Below are positions 52,201-62,165 of a stretch of 64,000 nt of DNA, piece after piece. A model generated the notes under the pieces. The model was given only the letters and a program-made list of their open reading frames with translations, was not told the origin of the DNA and did no database searches. Numbering within the stretch: the stretch's first letter is position 1; every line of letters begins with the position of its first letter. The DNA lies in NCBI GenBank assembly GCA_030141605.1, contig JAQGDQ010000554.1, forward strand, positions 1-64,000, given 5' to 3'. The stretch is from Tubiluchus corallicola (lineage: Eukaryota; Animalia; Priapulida). A program made the position numbers and the translations under genes.

Positions 52201-53720
52201 GGTGAAAATGTGCCGTCGGTGCACCATTAAGTGATACTTTGAAGGCAGTGACTAGAGGTACAGATCCGTATCCAGAACTGCAACAACTAAAAATACGGAT
52301 CCATGTCTAAAAAGCATTCACTAGAAAATACGGAGGATCCGTACTGGGAACCATATTGACGAGAAATACGGTTCGCCATCAGAGAGGGGCAATATATCAT
52401 TTTCTTGTTTATCCGCAACCTCAAAATCCACAATTGTAAATATCCGCATCCGCTAGACCCGCAGATTGAGTGAAATTGAATATCCTCATAGATATCTATA
52501 TTACGTAATCCCTAGATAGGACACGCGGTGAATGCACGCAACACTCCGTCATATTACGGTGAGCGACACATCACCTGAGCAGTGATAAATCACAACTCAA
52601 ACTAAGGAAAATTACAGTTAGTAGGTTATCACATTCACAACACTCTATAGAAAAAAAATACTGGCTGGTAGGTCATCATATTACAACACTCTAAGAAATT
52701 CATAACACACTAAGATTTAAACTCTTGCTAACTGGCCTACTACACATCAAAATACTAAAGTTTTTTGTAACAAATAAACAAAATAAAGCAAACAAACTAT
52801 TAATTGGTAGCTTCTGCAACACCAGCAAAATGGTACCGAAGAAAAACGGTATGGTTACAGGCTGTATAATGCCATATCACCATTTTCATGAAGTAGGCAT
52901 GTACTTTTCAACGATGTGCAGGGCACATGGTCAAACCCCGTATGTCATAAAAATTGTCAAAATCCGTATGTCTTGTAAATGTCACAAAGCGCGGATCCGT
53001 ATTTGTTGCAAAAATAGCTACGAAGACGGATCCGTATCGCAGGAAAGACAAGTACGGATCCGTACCTCTAGCCACTGCCTACTTTGAAATGTTGCACATG
53101 TTCTTTCTTTTTTCTTTGTCTTTTAATTGTGGGATTTTTTTGTTCATTGTTTATTTATTTACTTTATCATATTTATTATTTTCAAAATAGGGTTTTAAAT
53201 GAGGTGACAAAAGACACAGAAGTGCCCAAAATTACTTTCAAATATAATTATTGCTGCTGCCATAATTTGATTATTGTCGCCTGTGCCTCGGTGTTCGGTT
53301 GCAGTGGCTAACTCAAAATTTTAGTTTTTCGTGCATTGTCGGCTTTTCCTGCAATATCGGGAAAGGGCATGTGGCAGAAAGATGTGTGTGAAAGGCTGAG
53401 TGGGGAACGGCACACAGGTTTTTGATGATTGTCTTCATTTCAGGTTATTTGCTATCAATTTGATTTTGGATTAGCTCGTTGTATAATAGCTGGAATAGTA
53501 AATAATTTGTTCCAAGGTCATTTGTTCTTGTGGTCGATCTGATGTTGAATTCGATCCGTTCAAACCACCGTTTCAAAATTTCTGCTACGTTGAGAGCTAT
53601 AGCAGTTACCATTATTAATGTCTCACCTTTCTTTGGACCTAAGACTTTTTTGTGAACAGATGACTTCTTTTTGCTGCCTTCCGGCGGTTTAATTTTCGTC
53701 TTCAATTTACCTTGTGGCAT
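49274..53720 (-). CDS. C19orf53: C19orf53 / Leydig cell tumor 10 kDa protein homologue (UPF0390, DUF2462), 96 aa, 3 exons
   Basis: Exons 53720-53627 (MPQGKLK...LGPKKG, donor GTGAGA), 49913-49855 (AKYIAPKKAKKVQSETLKK; tttatag / GTAAGG) and 49411-49274 (NLQKAINKNIESELLVRAG...DKS*; ttttccag). Phases 1 and 0 are compatible. MxQG, GPKKG..IAPKK and I.K.IE match the family. Confidence 0.9.
51557..52229. mobile_element. Non-autonomous hAT-like element (673 bp)
   Basis: TIRs TAGGGATGCACC / GGTGCACCATTA. Perfect 8-bp TSD AGTGATAC at 51549-51556 and 52230-52237. Confidence 0.85.
52244..53079. mobile_element. Non-autonomous Mutator(MULE)-like element (836 bp)
   Basis: 27-bp TIRs GGCAGTG(A/G)CTAGAGGTAC(A/G)GATCCGTA with multiple subterminal ACGGATCCGT palindromes. 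Perfect 9-bp TSD TACTTTGAA at 52235-52243 and 53080-53088. Confidence 0.85.
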
Positions 53721-53978
53721 AGTCTGCTTGGGTTTGTCAAAGACAGCGAATTCTTAACAGACCTTAGTAGGTCTAATCTAAAACTAGTAAAAGCTTTTAG
53801 AACTCAAAGTCAAAATAAAGCGAGCCTAATGATCTTGCAAATTTCATTCAACAGGTAAACGGAAAGATGAACAATCAGTATTAACAAAAATGAAAGCCTA
53901 ATTTGTTGTTAACAATAGCAATGTTAGTTTTGAAATGTTTAATTAGTAATACTAAATTTTGTAAAGTTCAGTAATACT

Positions 53979-54899
53979 GTGTGTTGGGAGCCGAGTGGAC
54001 CACTGAGCCAAGTAGACCAATTGGTCTACTTGGGCTAGCCCAAGTAGGACACTAGAGACAGGTCGCGAATTGAGTCGTTAAGTGTACTGACCCCGTCCGT
54101 TGTGCTTGTTTATGTAATAATAATAATTAAAAACGTTAGTACGCGTTGAATAATTTATTATACATCTAATAAAATAAAAGAATTTTATTCTGAGCTGGTA
54201 GAACGGACAATATTAAATTTGGTTTCGATATTAATGTTGTTGAAGTGAAAAAAACCCACTTTTTTGCGAATTCAACATTTGTTTAAGGTATATCATTTTG
54301 GATTTTCTCTCACTTCACAAACAGGTGATCCGTTTCACTACCTCTTGGGCAAATAATTGTTTTCTTATAAGTAAACGTTCTAGCGATCTATGTGTCCTAC
54401 ATGGGCTAGCGAGCCATGTAGGACAGTGCCCTACATGTTACAATACTACTGATAATATTAAAACTAATTATCCTTGCTTTTCTTAAATGTTAAAAATTAC
54501 TTTTTGGTGTTGTGAAGGCTTAGCAGCATCTGTCTCATTTTTAAATTTGCAATTATTTCTGTAATAACTGTGTGCAGAATTTCTCTCTTTAAAGCATTAG
54601 ATACTAGGTTTAATGTTATGATATATTAATGGAGTTAATCATAATGATGAAATTATTGTAAGAAATGCATTTGTAAATTGCCAAGGAATATCCATGTCTA
54701 AAAGAAATTTTGTTTTATGCTTTATTATGTCATAACAATACTTATAAACAATGGTAATATAAACTGGAAACAAGTTTTGCCAGAGCAAGTTTCTCGACAA
54801 AAATCGTTAGTGTCCTACTTGGGCTGCCCATGTAGGACACTACTTTTAGCGCATCAAGTGGTCTACTTGGCGCAGTGGTCCACTCGGCTCCCAACACTG
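53979..54899. mobile_element. hAT-like MITE upstream of C19orf53
   Basis: ~40-bp TIRs gtgttgggagccgagtggaccactg.gccaagtagacca at both ends, with internal palindromic ctacttgggct.gccca.gtagga repeats. TSD not recognisable. Confidence 0.75.
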
Positions 54900-55032
54900 T
54901 GGCAGTGTAACACATGCCCGTGTGAATGTGTGTGCTGCCATCTAGGTCTTGTTAGTTTAAATTACTAACTTGAGTCATGTATCAGAGACTATAATATCCG
55001 CCGTTGGAATAATAAAAACAATAATAGCAACA

Positions 55033-55033
<1 letters not shown>

Positions 55034-55116
<83 letters not shown>
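55034..55116. repeat. (TAA)n microsatellite
   Basis: Direct reading, about 27 units. Confidence 0.97.
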
Positions 55117-55118
<2 letters not shown>

Positions 55119-55497
55119 GAGAAGAAGGAGAAGGAGAAGAAATAATAACATATTATTATTTAAGTGATATACATTATAATCCTAAAATGCTTTAATTACA
55201 ACCAAATTAAAGATAAGTTTGAGGATAATTAAGACAGTTTACGATAAGATCGTACGTCAATTAAAGTTAAAAAATTAATTCTGAAAAAGTTACCGCCTTT
55301 ACTATAAATCCTGTAAAAATACTATAGTTAAAGGGCACCAGCATTCAGTTGAGAATTAAGTAATAATAATATTCTGTTGTTTATTTTGCTTATACTATAG
55401 TGTAATAAGTGCAGTTTTACTATACTAAGCTTAAGGCTGATCCTGAGTCAAATACGTGCTTACATATATGTAATGATCAAATCTAAGGAACGTTGGG

Positions 55498-55914
55498 CCT
55501 GCAAAAATACATGTGTGACTGTCAGATCCTGGAAAACCGTTTCTGCCATCATGATTTTATTAGATTAGTTAACCATTGTACCGCTCTGTTTGCATTCATA
55601 CTTTTATAAACTGCATTCGTTTCTGAAAACTTAATGTTAAAATTGTTTATATGGAGTGAACTGTTTCTTCCTAACTGTTTAATTTATTATAACACACTAC
55701 CTGCAAAAATATTTGTGTGACTGCCAGATCCTGGAAAACCGTTTGTGCCATCATGATATTGCATCAAATTTTATTACATTAATTAACTATTGTACCATTC
55801 TGCCTGCATTCATAGTTTTGTAAACTGCATTCGTTTCTGAAAACTTAATGTTAAAATTGTTAATATGGAAAGAGGCTGTTTCTTCCTGATGGCTTTAATT
55901 AATTATTTTATAAC
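55498..55914. repeat. Tandem duplication of a ~200-bp unit (two diverged copies starting at 55498 and 55700)
   Basis: Both copies read cctgcaaaaata..tgtgtgactg.cagatcctggaaaaccgttt.tgccatcatgat...taaactgcattcgtttctgaaaacttaatgttaaaattgtt. Confidence 0.9.
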
Positions 55915-57579
55915 AGAGTAAGTTTTTTCTATAGTTTTATTTTAAAATTCTTCGAATTTTCCTTGTGAAGTTTTACTTTATTTAGCTTTGCAAATCGTCA
56001 TTTTATTATTTTTAGCTTTTTCTGTTCAGTGTTCAAATACGTATTTAGGTGGATTTTATGATATTTGCAAGAAGAAATAAACTTAAACTTAACTTGAACG
56101 CCTGAATTGTCAAGAGAAAATGGATTAATTTGATTTGATTTTGGCAAGACTGGAGCATAACTCATTATGAAAGCTAACCTTCTAAGATGATCCACGATCA
56201 CTAAGCTAGCAGAGGTATCTAAATATTTTAGCCATATTTAGACAGATAGGTACTCAATCAAACGATTCTGGCAGCGGTTAAAGTATTAAACTCAGGCACT
56301 TACAAGTCCTTCTTTGACCAGTCTTAGCCATGGCTTACTTCAGTTGCACTTACGAATTTTGCGGGTTATTCGAAAGGAAAGCTAATTGTGCTAACTATGT
56401 TATGTAGTAATTTGGTACATTAATTTGTTAAACTAATACCAGTAACATTTTCACTCCTGGCTCATTTGAGCAGCTAACGTATCGAAATATCATAATGCTG
56501 ACCATAAACGGTTCTGGCGCGGTACAGGTAAGTTATTGGTTTTGGCTTGCCTGTACTGGGTCATAATGTCAGTAATGGCACCGAAATGGCTCATAATGGC
56601 AATGTTTACTGGATAGTACATTATGTAATACTATTGTTTAAACTGTGCTAATTGTGGTAATATGATGTCATCTTAATGATCAAGTGATCGAAAAGCACCT
56701 GCCTATTGTTACTTCTGGAGCTATTACTTAATCTTCTAACATAGAAGCTTGATCATTGAACAGCACTGTTCGATGAACAACACGCGTTCATTGAACAATA
56801 TACGTCATAATTAAACATTAAATGAAAAACACAATTATGTATCGTATTGTAAAAACAAATGCTGGAAGCAAATTATTATCATTTGGTATGGAGACAGTGT
56901 TAAATTATTTTGATCAATGCTATTCGATTGACCCAACATACCCACACCACAATTACAAAGATTATCAAGTTTTTTGATGATGAAAATGGGAAAAATTATC
57001 GAAAAAAATTCCGCAAAACAGAGATTGAAAAAAGTGAGTCATGTCTTTTCAACCTCTTTACTGTGTTTTTGATTATCATCATGTCTGATGATAGTAGAAT
57101 GGTATGGAACTGTAGCAGGCAGATTATAGGTGATCGAATTTTGCTGATTGTTTAGTTGCAGTTTATATATTCATATACAAATTTTATATGTATTCATACA
57201 TAATTTTCAAGTTATGTAATTGCACATATAATTAAAAATTATAGTTGATATGCACAGTATACAAGAACTCTACCTTTAAAACCACAGTGAAATGTGCTTA
57301 AATTGAATAAAAATGTTTCCCAGAACGGTAATTGGGCATTGATTCTGCTGTTGACAGTTGATGGATATAAGTGAGCACCAAGTTATGAATAACTTCTGCA
57401 TTTATGATTTAATCACATTGTGCATTCATGACTTAACTGCAACTTGTTCATTTGTCGCTTTTATTATTTAACTGCATTGCATTTTGTTCATTTGCTACAC
57501 TTAAGATCTAATCCAACTAATCATGTACTCTGCAGTCCTTTATACTAAAAACGATCAAAATGACTGCAAAGAATCAGAC

Positions 57580-58490
57580 ATTTGGGGGATAAATTTGGGC
57601 TTCCGGTATTTGGCAATATTATGGTATTAGGGGAATTAAAAGAGGTAGGTCTGAATAAAATTTATGATAAATATTTGGGTGAAAGTAAAAAGCATGGGAT
57701 GTGCATATAGTGAAAGCTATAGCTGAAACGGGATTAAAAATGTGGCATGAAAAGTTAAGTAAATGTTCGACAGTAGAAAGATATAGAGATTGCAAAAGTT
57801 GTACATCATTTGAACCCTGGATGAACGATACATGGGGTCAGGAATTGTTTGTCAAAGCTATGGTTGGTGAATTGGAAGTATTGGGAAATCCCTTGTATGC
57901 TTGGAAAGTAGATTGTCGCATAGAAAAAAACACTTTACCACGTAAATGTGGTAAAGATATTGAAACTGCAGAACACGTAACATTGAGTTGTAAATTTTAC
58001 ACACAGATGAGAAACAAAGTCCTTTGGCAAGGAGTAACTGATGAAGAATGCTTGAGATGGCTGTTATTTGGAGAGGGAAAATTTTATGCAGTCTGCCTAC
58101 TGAAGGACATAATGGTCAAAAGAAGAAGCATTGTGAATGTATAACTTTAAAGCTGGAAAGATAGAGTAATATATATTTAGCTGTGCGTAACGGCGGTATG
58201 ACATTTATAAACCCAAATTTGTTTTGCATTGGAGCAAGCATATGTGTGCGCCTTAGCGTTTTTGAGTAGAAAATTAGCCTAGTAGTACCATATACATTGC
58301 TACTCGCCCTGATATAAAAGGGATTTTGGCACTGGACGGATGGACTATTCCTGTTATATAGGGTTGGTTGACTTGATGACCTACTGGTCTTTTGCCATCC
58401 CATCTCTACACACTTTACATAGTTTGTTGTTGTGTTATGAATATTGTATTGGAGATAAATAAATGTTTGAAATGAATTGAATTAAATTGA
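57580..58490 (+). mobile_element. 3' fragment of a non-LTR retrotransposon
   Basis: ORF 57701-58144 has a degenerate zinc-knuckle (KCG..IETAEHVTLSC..Y...R) typical of LINE ORF2 C-termini. It is followed by a 3' UTR ending in AATAAA and a tandem tgaa(a/t)t tail at ~58455-58490. Confidence 0.6.
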
Positions 58491-59849
58491 ATATCGGACA
58501 GCATGAAGTTATTATTGATTTCAATATCGAGAAAATGTTTACATCTATGACGCACTCAAAGTAGTGTTACATTTTTACTTCTAGAGGGCGAAGCAAGCGG
58601 GGCCTTGACGTCACTGTTTACAAAATGAAAAGCCATTTTTGTGTTTTTTGGACATTTAAATTCTTTGAAAGATTAGTTGCTTGGCGGTAGTAATTTTTGA
58701 TACGGACTTTTGAAAGTGAACGTATGCTTGTAAGCTAGAACGAGTCTGTGGTGAGTTTTTTGAAGCACTCTAGTCGAATAGTAGCTAATCAACTGCTTTC
58801 CTTGAATACAACGAATTTTTGAAAACGGCTGCACTAGAATATCTTTTTTAATGAGCGTAATACATACATCGATTATTGATAAAACCCTAGAACAGCAAAT
58901 TAGCAATTGGTTAGGTAGTCAGCTGCCCTTATGTTAATGGTTATTTTTAAATATAGTGCAAAAACTTTGCTTGTTATAATTTATATATAAATATATAAAA
59001 AATTATAAAGCTTTATTTGCTGTATATGTATATACATGCATAGAGCAAAGATAGAACATTTTGAGTAAATTGAGTTCATTTGTTTATTTAATTTCAGTTT
59101 GAAAATAACCAGAGATGTAAACTTGTCAGTTCATTTGAGTTATTCCCATGTTCTGTCTGCTACATTTTTTGAAATTACCATCTAACATCAGAGTTTCAGA
59201 AAAGAATGGCGAAAATATCTTAAGTGATGTAAACTTTATGCACAAAATGTAAATTTTTTCATGTTTAGTGAGACTTGAAAAATTGTTGTTCCTCATTTTT
59301 ATCAAGTCCTCTAGATTTGAAGTTTTAGGTTAAAATGTATTTTAGATCATTTTATTTAGTTTTTAAGTAAATTTTTATTTTATTGACAGTTATTTCAGCG
59401 ATAATAACAAGACACTCCCACATTATATAACCTTGTCGAAAACTAAAATTTAGTCTGTATGACTAAAGAGAGTATCAAGTGACTAAAGTGTTGGTGAATA
59501 AATGTCTTCATATCCTAGCTGGGCTTTACACTGGCTTTACGCTGGCTTTATACTGGTGTAACACAAAAAATGGCTAAAAAAATGGCTATGGCTACAATTT
59601 TGGCTAAAAAATTGGGAAAGGGAACGGCCTTTGGGCTAATAAAGTTGAACATGCAGACAACTGAATTAAAATACTTTAGTCAAAATGATACAAGCCTTTA
59701 GGTAATTATAAAGGACAAATTTATACAGAAGTCGTTTAAAATAGGCAACGTTAATTTTTTAAATATTTATTTAATATGTTATTTATTTGTAACTTGTAAT
59801 ATTCGTGTTAGGAGTTTACACACACATGCATATAAGTTTTAACTATATA

Positions 59850-60796
59850 CAGTAGGCGCCGCTTAATAGACTCACTTTGGTGCCGACGTGTTTTGACCCA
59901 ATTAACCGACTGAACCTATTAACTGATGGGTGTAGTATTACAGGTATAGAAGTATGAGTCATCAGCTTACTATGCACAGCAAATGTTTTTAATGAATTTT
60001 AGAAACGAGTAATGCCTAAATCCCTTTGTGCAGTTAAAAATTAGAGTAATATTTTAAAATATTAATTTATAAAAGTGAATTAGCAATAAATTAAAAAGTA
60101 TACTTTTCTAAATCATGGACTTTTGTTAGCCTGTTTATTTGCAAAAATTACAAAAGTCCTTTAAAGTCGGCTGCTTCATTTTCTTGCAAAGAGGTTGGCC
60201 CACAAAGTTCTTGTAATTATAAAAACGTTGAAAATCTGTTGCTGTGCGTGACTAAAACAGTTCTGAATCATCTGCTCACTTACATTGCTCTTATTTGTTG
60301 TATCATGTTTACTCTTGTAAGTCACAAGGAATACCGGCTGACTACTGTACCTGCATCTTTGACTGTCAATTCATTAAGCCTGAAAGTGTGATTTGCAACG
60401 AGAGCATCAAAAGCAAACTGCTAGGCAAATGATTTAATGTTTAGCTTCCAGAAATTCTTTGGGTAACAGTGGGCGAGCGGGTAACAGATTCAAAGCAAAA
60501 CCGCTATGCTAGCGTATTAGTGCATGATTGTTTCTGTATGTTTTATGTACTTAACATGATTGTTTCTGTATACATAGTGCACAGAAGGGAAGTAAAGATG
60601 ACATAAAAGTAGGAAAGGCTCTTTGGGCACATACAAAAGTCTTATTTTAAGTACGTGAAGGAAAAATATTGAGTCAATTTTGCAGAGTTATTTGAGTCAA
60701 TTAACGATAGTGTTTATGTGTATTTGAAAAGAAGCGGACCATTCCAGGTATTTTTGAGTCTATTAAGCGACTGGGTCTATTAGGCGGCACCTACCT
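59850..60796. mobile_element. Tc1/mariner (pogo/Tigger-like) MITE
   Basis: Ends TA|CAGTAGGCGCCGCTTAATAGAC ... GTCTATTAGGCGGCACCTACCT|TA, with subterminal gagtc(a/t)attaa repeats. Confidence 0.8.
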
Positions 60797-62165
60797 TATT
60801 TATGTAATGTTCTCTTATACCCAAATTTCATGCTGATAATTGGAAAACATTCAACACAATATATTAATTAGAATCAAATATATGAGTAAAGGTGTACACA
60901 AATATCAAAAGATTTATTTGAGTAGCCAAATGTATTAAAATTTGAAATTATAGTATTTTTGCATACTTTGCTGCAATACACTAGCTGGTTTATAGGCTGT
61001 TAAACTGAGTATATATTTGCACATTGGGTAATTTGTAGCTTTTCTGCTGATTCATGTTGGCAAACAGCACAAATGAAAATATTTGTTATCAATAGACACT
61101 TTTTGAATTACATTAATATTGCCCTTTAAATTCATTCAAGGTGTGTATTACTGAATTTTTGAATTACACACCATAAAAATGGTAAAAACAAGAACTGAAA
61201 TTTTTAAGATTAGCAGGGCTAATTGAATTGGATATGCTGTCTGCTGCAGACTTATGCGATATATTTTAGAGGCGAATAATTTTTTTTAAATTTTTTCAGT
61301 GACTTCACTGGCTACTCAGTCAAGAGGTGTCTTCCAGATTTTATTAACTTCCAATTGATTGTGATGGCATAGTTCAGGGTTAAAAAATTACCATGTCTGG
61401 ATACTCAGGACAATCAGTTTTTTCACTGATAAGAAGAGTTTTAAGTGTTAATTTTAAGTCGGGTAGACTGTCAGCCCTGAGCAAATAATATTGCTATAAA
61501 CAAAGGCAATAATGATATTAAGACTGAGTTATTTTAAAAATTATGGCTATGCATACCACTTTTAATTGCTGTGTTAAAAGATAAGAAAGTCAGTAGAAAC
61601 ATTATACTGCATGTGTGATATTGCAGGCACACAAACTGCAAAGTTAGGTGCTGAATGTTGATTGTATACATTAATTTATAGAGTTTCTGTGATCACCTTG
61701 ATATTTGGTAAAAGCCTAACAAGTTTTATTGTCACAATAAAATGGTAGCATGAGCACCAGAGAAAAGGGAAGGTCAATAAAATTAAAGTCAAGTACATTT
61801 TCGTTACAAAACATTAAAATAAATGAGAAATGGTGACTAAAATTAAGAAAAACTGATGAAATCAATTCATAAATTTTGTTCATTTTTTATTTTATTTTTA
61901 GCTAATTTCATCCCGATGTTGTTAATATTTATGCCTCACTTTTGATGATAAAAAAACAGCACGAGATAAATGGCAATTGCTTAGAATATAACTAGCAATA
62001 TTCAACCAATACAACGATGTTAAAATGATAGATATCATTGAGAACAGTGTAAACAAGTTTTTTAAATTTTATTTGCTTCTATGTTCTTAGCATCTTCTTT
62101 ATTTTGATAAAATGTTGCTGAGTTGTCTTTTTTCTGTTTATAGATGATGCAATACTAGCAGCATT

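Larger units (their letters stand above)
50297..53120. repeat. Old diverged fold-back palindrome (~600-bp arms, centre ~50905) whose right arm is split by two younger transposons
   Basis: 50450-50715 is the reverse complement of 51170-51420 (aaaaaggatacaag, agtcacaaa.cagagtgg.aca, tagaagataaacagaat, tgattaatca). 50297-50345 matches the sequence rejoined across 51556/53089. Confidence 0.7.

Noticed and set aside
54970-55167. Poly-Ile/Arg ORF (and the poly-Leu ORF at 27991-28176)
   Set aside because: Trinucleotide microsatellite artefacts.
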